A DNA stretch of 33,201 bases, taken from NCBI GenBank assembly GCA_044359285.1, contig JBIKMI010000002.1, forward strand, positions 1 through 33,201, given 5' to 3'. The translations under genes and the position numbers were made by a program. The stretch is from Kiritimatiellia bacterium. GTDB lineage: Bacteria; Verrucomicrobiota; Kiritimatiellia; CAIKKV01; CAITUY01. Of the stretch, positions 8,184-16,995 are shown piece by piece. Within the stretch, counting starts at the first letter, position 1. Every line of letters begins with the position of its first letter. The notes below the pieces were generated by a model that was not told the origin of the DNA, made no database searches, and saw only the letters and a program-made list of their open reading frames with translations.

Positions 8184-8681
8184 TTAGTTCTGCCGCCCCG
8201 CCATGATCTCATCCCGAGACCGCAAGGACTCCAGCGCGTTAATGGTTGCCTTAACCACGTTAACCTTGTTTCCGCTCCCCAGAGACTTGCCAAGGATATC
8301 ATGAATCCCAGAAAGCTCGAGCACCGCGCGCATCCCGCCACCGGCAATAACGCCGGTACCCTGGGAGGCGGGCTTCAACAAAATATAACCGCCATCACAC
8401 TGCCCTGTAACCTCATGCGGAATAGTCCGGTCCTTGAGCGTCACATGGATCATGCTCCGACGGGCGATTTCGCCGCCCTTACGGATTGCGTCCGCCACTT
8501 CGTTGGCCTTCCCGAATCCGTACCCGACCATTCCATTGCGGTTGCCGACCACGACAATCGCACTGAAGCTAAACCGGCGTCCGCCCTTAACCACTTTTGC
8601 ACAGCGGTTGACAAACACCACACGCTCCTCGACTTCCCCGGAGGAGTCTGACTTGCTATCCGCCCTTGTTCGTTCTTTCAT
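8184..8681 (-). CDS. rpsE: 30S ribosomal protein S5.
   Basis: The ORF-track version (8184-8879) overlaps rplR with an implausible leader. The internal ATG at 8681 gives [47 protein letters not shown]... (165 aa), which starts 25 nt after the rplR stop. Confidence 0.93.
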   Translation of the reverse strand: MKERTRADSKSDSSGEVEERVVFVNRCAKVVKGGRRFSFSAIVVVGNRNGMVGYGFGKANEVADAIRKGGEIARRSMIHVTLKDRTIPHEVTGQCDGGYILLKPASQGTGVIAGGGMRAVLELSGIHDILGKSLGSGNKVNVVKATINALESLRSRDEIMAGRQN

Positions 8682-8706
8682 CACAGTGTGCTCTTGCTTT
8701 CTAGGG

Positions 8707-9060
8707 CTAGAATTTAAACCCTGCCTCACGTACGGCATCGGCAATCGCCTTAACCCGGCCATGATACTTATATCCACCGCGGTCAAACACGACGTTTTTG
8801 ACGCCCATTTCCGTGGCAATTTCCGCCAACCGTTTTCCGAGCAACTTGGCGCCTTCGGTGTTTTTCTTGCCAACACCATCTTTACCAGATGATGACACCG
8901 AGGCCAACGTCACTCCCTTTTCATCATCCACAAGCTGCACATAGATATGCTTGTTGGAAACCATCACACACATCCGTGCGCGGTCCGCCGTTCCGGCGAT
9001 ATTCTTGCGGATTCTTGAGTGCCTGCGTGCACGATTTTCTTTTCTGTCGACTGTTTTCAT
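8707..9060 (-). CDS. rplR: 50S ribosomal protein L18.
   Basis: It contains [37 protein letters not shown] and ends ...[28 protein letters not shown]. Confidence 0.95.
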   Translation of the reverse strand: MKTVDRKENRARRHSRIRKNIAGTADRARMCVMVSNKHIYVQLVDDEKGVTLASVSSSGKDGVGKKNTEGAKLLGKRLAEIATEMGVKNVVFDRGGYKYHGRVKAIADAVREAGFKF

Positions 9061-9063
9061 ACG

Positions 9064-9597
9064 TTAGGCCACCGTCTTACCGGCCTTACGCCGGACATGT
9101 TCGCCCTTATAACGGATTCCCTTGCCCTTATAGGGCTCGGGCGGATAATAGGACCGGATACGCGCCGCAACATCACCGACGAGCTGCTTATCCGCGCCCC
9201 CAACCGTTATCACACTATCCTTAACCGCCACTGTAATACCCGCCGGCGCCTCATGCACCACGGGACTTGAATAGCCAATATTCATCGTCAGCTTGCTGCC
9301 CTGCACGGCTGCACGGAATCCGACGCCCTGGAGTTCAAGCTCAATCGAATAGCCCTTGTCCACGCCCAGGACCATATTCGCCACCAGACTCCGACCCAGT
9401 CCATGGAAGCTATGTCCCCGTACCGTATCTTCATCCGTACTCACGATGATATTAGAATCCTTCACTTCCGCCTTGATGGACGGAGGAAGTTTCGTCACCA
9501 AGTCACCCTTAGGACCCTTAGCCGATACCGTCCCGCCACTCACGAGGACCGTTACGCCCTTCGGGATAGCTATCGGTTTCTTACCGATTCTAGACAT
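9064..9597 (-). CDS. rplF: 50S ribosomal protein L6.
   Basis: The sequence begins MSRIGKKPIAIPKGVTVLVSGGTVSAKGPKGDL, and the gene is in the conserved position. Confidence 0.95.
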   Translation of the reverse strand: MSRIGKKPIAIPKGVTVLVSGGTVSAKGPKGDLVTKLPPSIKAEVKDSNIIVSTDEDTVRGHSFHGLGRSLVANMVLGVDKGYSIELELQGVGFRAAVQGSKLTMNIGYSSPVVHEAPAGITVAVKDSVITVGGADKQLVGDVAARIRSYYPPEPYKGKGIRYKGEHVRRKAGKTVA

Positions 9598-9665
9598 TCT
9601 CTTCCCCTGTTTAAATTTGGTTACCTGCCGCCTTTCAAGCGACAGTTACTTAAGAAACGCCCGAC

Positions 9666-10064
9666 TTACCAGACTTGACAGAGCAACTCTCCGCCCACGC
9701 GCTTCCGCCGTGCTTCATTATCCGTCACGATTCCGGACGGGGTACTTAAAATTGATACACCCATGCCACCCAACACCAGGGGAATTTCGTCAAATCCCAC
9801 ATAGCGCCTGAGCCCCGGCTTGCTAACCCTGCGCAACCCTCTAATGGTCGGACTGCGACTGGCATCATATTTCAATACCACTCTCAACACTTTTTCACGG
9901 CCTTGTCCCTCGACGGTGACGTCACGGACATAGCCTTCCTTTTTCAAAATAACCGCAATCTCGCCCTTCATCTTTGAATGGCTGATGTCAGTCGTTTTCA
10001 AGCCCGCACCCGAAGCATTCCGGATGCGATTCAACATGTCACTGATAGGATCCGACAAACTCAT
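9666..10064 (-). CDS. rpsH: 30S ribosomal protein S8.
   Basis: The sequence begins MSLSDPISDMLNRIRNA and contains ...GGELLCQVW. Confidence 0.95.
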   Translation of the reverse strand: MSLSDPISDMLNRIRNASGAGLKTTDISHSKMKGEIAVILKKEGYVRDVTVEGQGREKVLRVVLKYDASRSPTIRGLRRVSKPGLRRYVGFDEIPLVLGGMGVSILSTPSGIVTDNEARRKRVGGELLCQVW

Positions 10065-10076
10065 AGGCTCTCCAAT

Positions 10077-10262
10077 TTACCAGCTCGCCTTAATTACTCC
10101 GGGTATCATCCCCGTTGATGCCAGTTCCCGGAAGCAAATACGGCATACCTGGAACTTGCGCATAAAAGCATGTCGTCGCCCGCAGCGCTTACAGCGGTTA
10201 TAGCGACGAGTGCTAAACTTCGGCGTGCGGCTCGCCTTGACTTCCTGTGATTTCTTAGCCAA
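10077..10262 (-). CDS. rpsZ: 30S ribosomal protein S14, short type-Z zinc form.
   Basis: The product is 61 aa and contains [23 protein letters not shown] (CxxC...CxxC). It uses a TTG start at 10262, preceded by GGGAGGA with a 7-nt spacer. Confidence 0.93.
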   Translation of the reverse strand: MAKKSQEVKASRTPKFSTRRYNRCKRCGRRHAFMRKFQVCRICFRELASTGMIPGVIKASW

Positions 10263-10285
10263 AAGAACGTCCTCCCTGCCGTGTT

Positions 10286-10831
10286 CTACTTATTCGACTT
10301 CATGAATGGAATACCGACCATCGTGAGCAGTTCACGAGCCCGTGCATCCGTTGACGCCGATGTGACAATCGTCACGTTCATTCCCTGCACCTTTTTAACA
10401 TCATCCGGTTCAATTTCAGGAAAAATAGACTGCTCCTGAAGACCAAAGGTGTAGCTTCCCCGTCCATCAAACCCTTTTACCGGCAAACCGCGGAAATCGC
10501 GGATACGGGGTAAAGCGGCATGAATGAGTCGCTCCATGAATTCAAACATCCGGTCGCCACGAAGGGTTACCTTCGCGCCCACCGGCATGCCCTGGCGCAA
10601 CTTGAAATTCGAGATGCTCTTACGTGCCTTGGTGATGACCGGCTTCTGCCCTGAAATCGTCCCCAGGTCGTCAGAAATAGCGCGAATCTGATCTTTGTCA
10701 ACCGTCGAGTTGAAGCCCATATTAATGGTCACCTTCAGCAGGCGCGGAACATCCATCACATTCTTGCAACCCAGCGATTTCATCAACGCCGGCACAACTT
10801 CTTCTTTATATTTCTTCTTAAGTCCCGTCAT
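10286..10831 (-). CDS. rplE: 50S ribosomal protein L5.
   Basis: The sequence reads [36 protein letters not shown]. Confidence 0.95.
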   Translation of the reverse strand: MTGLKKKYKEEVVPALMKSLGCKNVMDVPRLLKVTINMGFNSTVDKDQIRAISDDLGTISGQKPVITKARKSISNFKLRQGMPVGAKVTLRGDRMFEFMERLIHAALPRIRDFRGLPVKGFDGRGSYTFGLQEQSIFPEIEPDDVKKVQGMNVTIVTSASTDARARELLTMVGIPFMKSNK

Positions 10832-10839
10832 AGACCACC

Positions 10840-11151
10840 TTACGAGTCAAATGCTTGGCCGCATTTTTTGCACTTGCGGAGCCGCTTGTCACCCTCGGCC
10901 ACACGCTTTACGCGGACCGCCTTCTTGCACTGCGGGCAGTAGACCATCAGGTTGGCTATCGCAATGGAAGCCTCCTTCTGCACAATGCCCCCCTTCGGAT
11001 TGTCCTGGGACTTCCGAAGATGTTTGGTCACCATGCACAGGCCCTCAACAATCGCACGGTGCTTCCCAACCACAACCTGAAGCACCTTTCCCTGCTTACC
11101 CTTGTCACGGCCCCGTGTGGCCACAACGATATCGTTACGTCGGATATTCAT
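10840..11151 (-). CDS. rplX: 50S ribosomal protein L24 with a C-terminal CxxC...CxxC motif.
   Basis: A KOW core (DIVVATRGRDKGKQGKVLQVV) is followed by CPQCKKAVRVKRVAEGDKRLRKCKKCGQAF. Confidence 0.94.
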   Translation of the reverse strand: MNIRRNDIVVATRGRDKGKQGKVLQVVVGKHRAIVEGLCMVTKHLRKSQDNPKGGIVQKEASIAIANLMVYCPQCKKAVRVKRVAEGDKRLRKCKKCGQAFDS

Positions 11152-11163
11152 ATATTCCTCTTC

Positions 11164-11526
11164 TTACAACACTTCGGGGGCAAGTGAGACGATTTTCATA
11201 TACTTATCGCGAAGCTCACGCGCGACCGGCCCGAAAATACGGGTTCCGATAGGATTAAGCTTCTCGTCCACAAGCACCACGGCATTGTTGTCAAACCGAA
11301 GGGCCGAACCATCAGAACGGCGGATCGGCTGGCTTGTCCGGACAATAATCGCCCGACAAACCTGCCCTTTTTTTACCAATCCCGTCGGCTGGGCCTCCTG
11401 GACCGCAACCCGGATCAAATCACCGATGTGAGCATACGTCTTGCGCTGCCCGATGATCCGGAAGCACTTCACGCTCCGCGCCCCGGTATTATCAGCAACA
11501 TCAAGGTTTGTTTCTTCTTGAATCAT
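11164..11526 (-). CDS. rplN: 50S ribosomal protein L14.
   Basis: The sequence begins [26 protein letters not shown] and contains ...[13 protein letters not shown]. Confidence 0.96.
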   Translation of the reverse strand: MIQEETNLDVADNTGARSVKCFRIIGQRKTYAHIGDLIRVAVQEAQPTGLVKKGQVCRAIIVRTSQPIRRSDGSALRFDNNAVVLVDEKLNPIGTRIFGPVARELRDKYMKIVSLAPEVL

Positions 11527-11540
11527 GGTCGTTCACCCAG

Positions 11541-11822
11541 TTACTGGCGTTTAGCCGCTTCCACAATTTCGAGGAGACGCCAGCGCTTAAGTTTGCTTAA
11601 GGGGCGCGTCTCAACGATCCGCACCTTATCGCCAACTTTGGCTGTGTTCTCTTCGTCATGCGCATGATATTTCTTGGCCTGCGTCATCTCTTTCCCATAC
11701 AAGGGATGACGGGTCGTCCGCTCCACGCGCACCACAATAGTCTTTTGCATCGCCGAACTGACCACAATACCAGTCCGTTCCTTGCGAAGCGCCCGATTGG
11801 TTTCCGTGTCTGCCATAATCAT
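11541..11822 (-). CDS. rpsQ: 30S ribosomal protein S17.
   Basis: It contains [32 protein letters not shown]. The ORF-track start at 11825 is a TTG. The ATG at 11822 overlaps the rpmC TGA (TGATG), and the ATG at 11816 is an alternative start. Confidence 0.92.
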   Translation of the reverse strand: MIMADTETNRALRKERTGIVVSSAMQKTIVVRVERTTRHPLYGKEMTQAKKYHAHDEENTAKVGDKVRIVETRPLSKLKRWRLLEIVEAAKRQ

Positions 11823-12019
11823 CAACCTTGCTGGCGACGCCGTTCGCTCATCACCGTCTGCGCACGGGCAATATCCCGTCGCAAGCTCTTAATGCGCGAT
11901 GGCTGTTCGATCTGGCTCGCCGATTTACGAATTTTCAACGTACGCAATTCTTTCTCCATGTCGGAGCATTGCTGCACGAGTTCTTCTTTGTTGTTTTCTC
12001 TCAGTTTAGCGGCCTTCAT
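11822..12019 (-). CDS. rpmC: 50S ribosomal protein L29.
   Basis: The product is 65 aa, begins [32 protein letters not shown], and lies between rplP and rpsQ. Confidence 0.93.
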   Translation of the reverse strand: MKAAKLRENNKEELVQQCSDMEKELRTLKIRKSASQIEQPSRIKSLRRDIARAQTVMSERRRQQG

Positions 12020-12051
12020 AGCGTCCGCACCCCTGTCCTGTTTGGCCCTGT

Positions 12052-12465
12052 TTAGTGGTGCCGTTTAACAAACATTGTCCGAATCGGCAACTTTGCCGCC
12101 GCCAGACGCAACGATTCCTTAGCCAACTGCTCCGAAACACCGTCCACTTCGAACATCATTGTTCCGGGCAAAATCACGGCGACCCAAAATTCAGGATCAC
12201 CCTTCCCCTTGCCCTGCCGGGTCTCAAGAGGCTTCTTACTCACCGGCTTATCCGGGAAGATGCGCAGCCACACCTTGCCGCGCCGCTTCATATTGCGGTT
12301 CATGGCCACACGGCAGGCTTCAATCTGATTGGCTTTAACCCAAGCCCGATCAAGCGCCTTTAACCCGTATTCACCAAAAGCCAGAGCATTCCCTGACTGA
12401 GCATTTCCCTTGCGGGACCCACGGTGCACCATACGGTGCTTCACGCGTTTAGGCATAAGAGGCAT
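12052..12465 (-). CDS. rplP: 50S ribosomal protein L16.
   Basis: The sequence begins [22 protein letters not shown]. The start overlaps the 3' end of rpsC by 17 nt, or by 8 nt if the ATG at 12456 is used. Confidence 0.95.
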   Translation of the reverse strand: MPLMPKRVKHRMVHRGSRKGNAQSGNALAFGEYGLKALDRAWVKANQIEACRVAMNRNMKRRGKVWLRIFPDKPVSKKPLETRQGKGKGDPEFWVAVILPGTMMFEVDGVSEQLAKESLRLAAAKLPIRTMFVKRHH

Positions 12466-13117
12466 TTGATCGTCCCCTTACTGCCTTTTCAGGCTCATCC
12501 TTCTCTTTACAAATCCACGTTTTGACGCCAATTTTACCAGCCGTGGTCCGCGCTTCAGCGAAACCGTAGTCAATATTGGCGCGCAGGGTATGCAGCGGGA
12601 TCGTACCCTCTTTATACCATTCCACGCGGGACAACTCGGCGCCACCCAGGCGACCGGACACCTTGATCCGGATCCCCTTAACGCCTAATTCCATGGCCAT
12701 TTTGATGGCGCGCTTCATGGCCCGACGGAACGACACACGTCGTTCCATCTGCAGAGCCACACTCTCGGCCACCAGCTGGGCATTAGTGTCAGGGCTCCGG
12801 ATCTCCCGGATCTCGAGATAGATCTCCTTGCCCGTCAACTTCGCGATTTCATCACGAATACGGTCCAGGTCCTGTCCCTTACGCCCGATGACAATACCCG
12901 GTCGGGCGGTACAAATCGTAACCCTGACCCGATTCGCATATCGCTCAATAATAATCTCGGCAACCGCCGCTGCATCGAGACGCTTCTTCACAAGATCACG
13001 AATCGTCAGATCCTCATTCAGCAGGGTGCCGAATACGCGCTTATCCGCAAACCAGCGCGACTTCCAGGCCTTGCTGACCGCAATCCTTAATCCAATCGGA
13101 TTGATTTTCTGTCCCAA
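12449..13117 (-). CDS. rpsC: 30S ribosomal protein S3.
   Basis: The N-terminus (M)[11 protein letters not shown] is canonical for S3. The start codon is TTG at 13117, preceded by AAGGAG with an 8-nt spacer. Confidence 0.95.
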   Translation of the reverse strand: MGQKINPIGLRIAVSKAWKSRWFADKRVFGTLLNEDLTIRDLVKKRLDAAAVAEIIIERYANRVRVTICTARPGIVIGRKGQDLDRIRDEIAKLTGKEIYLEIREIRSPDTNAQLVAESVALQMERRVSFRRAMKRAIKMAMELGVKGIRIKVSGRLGGAELSRVEWYKEGTIPLHTLRANIDYGFAEARTTAGKIGVKTWICKEKDEPEKAVRGRSNASYA

Positions 13118-13153
13118 AACAATGCTCCTTTCACGTCATCCGGTGTTTACCGG

Positions 13154-13489
13154 TCACTTACCATCCGACAACACGATTGTAATATGGCTGGTTCGTTTCC
13201 GAATCCGGCTCACCATGCCACGCGACCGCGCCCAAAAACGCTTCATCGCAGGACCTTCTCCAATCGTGGCCTCTTTCACCCTCAGGTCGTCTGCCAACAG
13301 CTTGGCATTGTTTTCAGCATTGGCGACGGCGGAACGAATGGTCTTCTCCAACTGCCTCGCCGCCTTACGTTCGCTGAACTCGACCGTCTTAATTGCATCA
13401 GCCACAGGCATGCCCTGAATCGCCCGCGCCATATCACGCGCTTTTCGCGGTGACAATCGAACATACTTGGTTATTGCTTTAACTTCCAT
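13154..13489 (-). CDS. rplV: 50S ribosomal protein L22.
   Basis: The sequence begins MEVKAITKYVRLSPRKARDMARAIQGMPVADA. Confidence 0.95.
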   Translation of the reverse strand: MEVKAITKYVRLSPRKARDMARAIQGMPVADAIKTVEFSERKAARQLEKTIRSAVANAENNAKLLADDLRVKEATIGEGPAMKRFWARSRGMVSRIRKRTSHITIVLSDGK

Positions 13490-13499
13490 TAACTCGCTC

Positions 13500-13982
13500 C
13501 TAGTTCTTCGATCCGGCGGCCAGAACCACCCGATCCTGAACTTTGGGTAACTCCCGGCCAGGATTCAGAATTACGGCACCGGCGATGGCCGACCGAGAAT
13601 CCACAACCCTAACCGTCGCCACGGACTTATCCCCATTTATTACTTCAAACATCAGCCCGGCTTTAACCCCGTCCCGACGCCCTCCGTTGAGGATGACCAT
13701 GCCCAACTCTTTGTTAACATCCAAAATCAGATAGTTTTTATCCCTTAACACCGGCGATCCGCCCAGCCCCTCTCCTGCCGGATCGTCCGCCTCATGAGCC
13801 CGGGTTTCCAACCGGGCCTTTAACACATCACATTCAATTTTCGCCAAGACCAACGATTCACTTAAACTCTGCACTTGCCCCCGCAGGATCTTCAGCTCTT
13901 CATCAGTCCGCCCCTGATCAGAGGCCAAACACGCCAAACCCAGCGAAGCAATGCATACACCTACACAGACCGGCGCTCTCAT
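13500..13982 (-). CDS. Hypothetical exported or membrane-anchored protein with a coiled coil and a C-terminal beta-rich (MreC-like) domain. It is not a ribosomal protein.
   Basis: This 160-aa ATG-initiated ORF exactly fills the rpsS-rplV gap, with 3 nt to the rpsS stop and 10 nt to the rplV start. The N-terminus MRAPVCVGVCIASLGLACLA is hydrophobic. A heptad-like segment EELKILRGQVQSLSESLVLAKIECDVLKARLE follows. The C-terminal part reads YLILDVNKELGMVILNGGRRDGVKAGLMFEV...VATVRVVDSRSAIAGAVI. Its codon style resembles that of its neighbours. Confidence 0.7.
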   Translation of the reverse strand: MRAPVCVGVCIASLGLACLASDQGRTDEELKILRGQVQSLSESLVLAKIECDVLKARLETRAHEADDPAGEGLGGSPVLRDKNYLILDVNKELGMVILNGGRRDGVKAGLMFEVINGDKSVATVRVVDSRSAIAGAVILNPGRELPKVQDRVVLAAGSKN

Positions 13983-13985
13983 CCG

Positions 13986-14267
13986 TTACTTGGCAGCCGT
14001 CTTATCCGTATGCGTCCCATGCTTCCGGAAAACCCGCGTCGGGGCAAATTCCCCCAGACGATGCCCTACCATATACTCTGTAATATAGACCGGCATGTGC
14101 AATTTGCCGTTATGAACAGCCAACGTGTGCCCGACAAATTCGGGAGCAATCATGGAACGGCGCGACCACGTCTTGACAACACGTTTCTCGCCTGCGCGGT
14201 TCATCTTCTCGACGCGCTCCATCAGCTTTTCATCAACAAACGGCCCTTTTTTAAGTGAACGGCCCAT
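13986..14267 (-). CDS. rpsS: 30S ribosomal protein S19.
   Basis: The sequence begins [23 protein letters not shown] and contains ...[27 protein letters not shown]. Confidence 0.96.
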   Translation of the reverse strand: MGRSLKKGPFVDEKLMERVEKMNRAGEKRVVKTWSRRSMIAPEFVGHTLAVHNGKLHMPVYITEYMVGHRLGEFAPTRVFRKHGTHTDKTAAK

Positions 14268-14270
14268 GGT

Positions 14271-15095
14271 TTACTTTCTCCGAGTAAGAATAAATTTTTT
14301 CGACGCCTTCCGTCTCGCCCGGGTCTTTTTGCCCTTCGTGAGCTGACCCCACGGCGTCACAGGGTGACCACCGCCAGACGTACGACCTTCACCGCCACCC
14401 ATCGGGTGATCTACCGGGTTCATCGCCACACCACGCACGGTCGGACGAATCCCCTTCCAGCGTTTACGCCCGGCCTTGCCAAGCTTCACACCATTATGAT
14501 CAATATTACCAACCTGACCAATCGTCGCCATGCAATTGGCGTTAATCAACCGGATCTCACCGGAGGGAAGCTTCACGCTGGCGTAGCCTGCCTCACGCGC
14601 CATCAACTGCGCCGTCTGCCCCGCACTACGAACCAATTGCGCCCCAGCCCCAACCGTTAATTCAATATTATGAATCGGCAGCCCCAGGGGGATTTTAGCC
14701 AACGGCATCATGTTCCCGGTAACCGGTTCCACATCCGGGCCCGCCATCACAATCGCGCCGATCACCAGGCCGGCCGGCGCCAGAATATAGCGTTTTTCCC
14801 CGTCACGATAGGCTAACAAGGCAATATTGGCCGAACGATTCGGATCATACTCGATGGCCTGCACCTTGGCGGGAATGCCCGTCTTATTCCGCTTGAAATC
14901 AATCAAGCGAAACTTGCGTTTATGTCCACCCCCACGGTGCCGGATGGTGACCCTGCCAGCGGAATTACGTCCCGCCTGGGACTTCTGGGCCCGAGTCAAA
15001 GACCGCTCGGGCTTGCTCTTCGTGATTTCATCAAACGCAGAGAGCTTGGTGTTACGCAAACTCGGCGTTGTAGGTTTGTAGCTTTTAAGCGCCAT
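14271..15095 (-). CDS. rplB: 50S ribosomal protein L2.
   Basis: The internal ATG at 15095 gives [14 protein letters not shown]... (274 aa), starting 10 nt after the rplW stop. The ORF-track start at 15131 would overlap rplW by 26 nt. The sequence contains GGGHKRKFR and [13 protein letters not shown]. Confidence 0.94.
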   Translation of the reverse strand: MALKSYKPTTPSLRNTKLSAFDEITKSKPERSLTRAQKSQAGRNSAGRVTIRHRGGGHKRKFRLIDFKRNKTGIPAKVQAIEYDPNRSANIALLAYRDGEKRYILAPAGLVIGAIVMAGPDVEPVTGNMMPLAKIPLGLPIHNIELTVGAGAQLVRSAGQTAQLMAREAGYASVKLPSGEIRLINANCMATIGQVGNIDHNGVKLGKAGRKRWKGIRPTVRGVAMNPVDHPMGGGEGRTSGGGHPVTPWGQLTKGKKTRARRKASKKFILTRRK

Positions 15096-15105
15096 GTCGT
15101 GCTTC

Positions 15106-15387
15106 CTATTCCAAATCGATCTTATCGCCATCCTTCAAGGTAACAACCGCCCGCTTCCAGTCGGCCTTTTTGCCATAATGAAGCGTCCGCTCACGGCGTT
15201 TCTTGCCATCGTAGTTCATGGTGTTGACCTTGACTACCTTAACCTTGAAAAAATCCTCGACAGCCAATTTAATCTCAAGCTTGTTGGCAGCCGGATCTAC
15301 TTTAAAAAGATACTTGTTCTGAGCGGCCAGCAATGATCCCTTTTCGGTAATGTGCAGGCCGCGTACCGCTGAAAGCGCATTCTTCAT
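15106..15387 (-). CDS. rplW: 50S ribosomal protein L23.
   Basis: The product is 93 aa, contains [33 protein letters not shown], and overlaps rplD in an ATGA overlap. Confidence 0.94.
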   Translation of the reverse strand: MKNALSAVRGLHITEKGSLLAAQNKYLFKVDPAANKLEIKLAVEDFFKVKVVKVNTMNYDGKKRRERTLHYGKKADWKRAVVTLKDGDKIDLE

Positions 15388-16025
15388 GATTTTCTCCCCG
15401 CTTCACCTTCAAGACGCACGCGCAACCCGTCCATGCCGGCACGCGTCACCACTGTCACGGGATAGCGAATCAACTGAAACGTGCTCACGTCTTTAGCCGT
15501 CGTCACTTCAACATTCGTCAAATTACGGAAGGCACATACCAGATTATCGTTCAATACGTCAACGACAACCAGCGCGCCGTTCGTCAGACCTAGCGTTTTG
15601 AGCAGAATGGAAGCCACTTTGGTTTTGGGCTCAGCGAAGACAAGCTGATCCAGCACCCGGATACGATCTTCACGCACCAGATCACTGAACGCACGGCGGA
15701 ACGCCAGACGCGCCACCTTGACGGGCACCTTCTTGGCATAGCTCCGGGGATGCGGGCCATGTGCCACACCACCACCACGCCAGACCGGAGACTGACGATA
15801 CCCCGCGCGGGCCCGACCCGTTCCCTTTTGTTTCCAGGGCTTCTTGTTGCTACCCGCAACATCCCCTTTACCCAGTGTATTCGCCGTGCCGGCACGGATA
15901 CCAGCCTGGTAGGCGATCACCACATCATGGACCGCCTGCTGCCCCTTGGTCGTCAGCAACTCATCAGGAAAGTCAACCTTCACCGACGAGGATCCCTTCA
16001 TGTCATAGACTGAAAGCTTGCTCAT
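15384..16025 (-). CDS. rplD: 50S ribosomal protein L4.
   Basis: It contains KKPWKQKGTGRARAGYRQSPVWRGGGVAHGPHPRSY and overlaps rplC in an ATGA overlap. Confidence 0.95.
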   Translation of the reverse strand: MSKLSVYDMKGSSSVKVDFPDELLTTKGQQAVHDVVIAYQAGIRAGTANTLGKGDVAGSNKKPWKQKGTGRARAGYRQSPVWRGGGVAHGPHPRSYAKKVPVKVARLAFRRAFSDLVREDRIRVLDQLVFAEPKTKVASILLKTLGLTNGALVVVDVLNDNLVCAFRNLTNVEVTTAKDVSTFQLIRYPVTVVTRAGMDGLRVRLEGEAGRKS

Positions 16026-16669
16026 TTAACCTGCCCTGCCTTCGTCTTTTTCAATGCTTTTCGTACCTCAACCATTGCCCCAACGGGTCCCGGAATCGCG
16101 CCTTTAACAAGGATCAGATTCTCGCCCGCCCGCAGTTGGACAACCTGTAAATTCTGCGTGGTTACCCGCACATTCCCCATGTGACCAGGCATATGCTTGC
16201 CCTTGTGGACACGACCGGGATACGAACGGCAACCGATGGATCCGACACGACGCTTGGAGTGACCACCATGAGTCATCGGTCCGCCCGCCATCCTGAAACG
16301 ACGAACAACACCAGCAAACCCGCGCCCCTTTGTCACCCCGACGACATCCACATACAGGGCACCTTCCAGGATGGCGGCGGTAATGGTATCTCCCACCTTC
16401 GACTCATCTCCTGGAGTTACAGGGAACTCTCGCAAGAACCGCTGCGGCTTCACTTTCGCAGCTGTAAACTGCCCATTATGGGGTTTATTTGCACGCGAGG
16501 CTTTCACCTCGTCAAACCCGAGCTTGAGCGCATCATACCCGTCGCAACCTTTGGTCTTCCGCTGGACGACGACACATGGGCCCACCTCAATTACTGTAAC
16601 AGGAGTCTGCTGGCCTTCACTGCCAAAAACCCTTGTCATTCCAATTTTTTTTCCGAGTATCCCTTGCAT
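16022..16669 (-). CDS. rplC: 50S ribosomal protein L3.
   Basis: The sequence begins MQGILGKKIGMTRVF and contains ...VTKGRGFAGVVRRFRMAGGPMTHG. Confidence 0.96.
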   Translation of the reverse strand: MQGILGKKIGMTRVFGSEGQQTPVTVIEVGPCVVVQRKTKGCDGYDALKLGFDEVKASRANKPHNGQFTAAKVKPQRFLREFPVTPGDESKVGDTITAAILEGALYVDVVGVTKGRGFAGVVRRFRMAGGPMTHGGHSKRRVGSIGCRSYPGRVHKGKHMPGHMGNVRVTTQNLQVVQLRAGENLILVKGAIPGPVGAMVEVRKALKKTKAGQVK

Positions 16670-16679
16670 GGCTACCTGC

Positions 16680-16991
16680 TTAAATCTTGATCGTTATATC
16701 TACGCCGGCCGGCATGTTGAGTTTTTTCAACTCATCCACCGTTCTCGCGGTCGGCTCCACAATGTCCAACAACCGTTTATGCGTGCGAACTTCAAATTGT
16801 TCCATCGACTTCTTATCGACATGAACACTTCGGTTGACGCTATAACTCTCGATGCGCGTGGGCATGGGAATCGGTCCAACGACCCGGGCTCCCGTCCTTT
16901 TCGCCGTCTCCACAATATCTGATACGGATTGATCCAGTACCCGATAATCGTAGGCTTTTAAACGTATGCGTATTCGTTGCTTTTCCATCAT
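16680..16991 (-). CDS. rpsJ: 30S ribosomal protein S10.
   Basis: It contains [41 protein letters not shown]. It starts 4 nt after the fusA stop. Confidence 0.96.
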   Translation of the reverse strand: MMEKQRIRIRLKAYDYRVLDQSVSDIVETAKRTGARVVGPIPMPTRIESYSVNRSVHVDKKSMEQFEVRTHKRLLDIVEPTARTVDELKKLNMPAGVDITIKI

Positions 16992-16995
16992 TCAC

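Noticed and set aside
8682-8879. Long N-terminal extensions in the ORF track for rpsE, and likewise for rplB (15096-15131), rpoC (24313-24399), rpoB (28169-28237), rplJ (29206-29277) and fusA (19132-19143).
   Set aside because: These extensions overlap the preceding conserved gene or read as non-protein-like sequence. Internal starts reproduce the canonical family N-termini and give short positive spacers.
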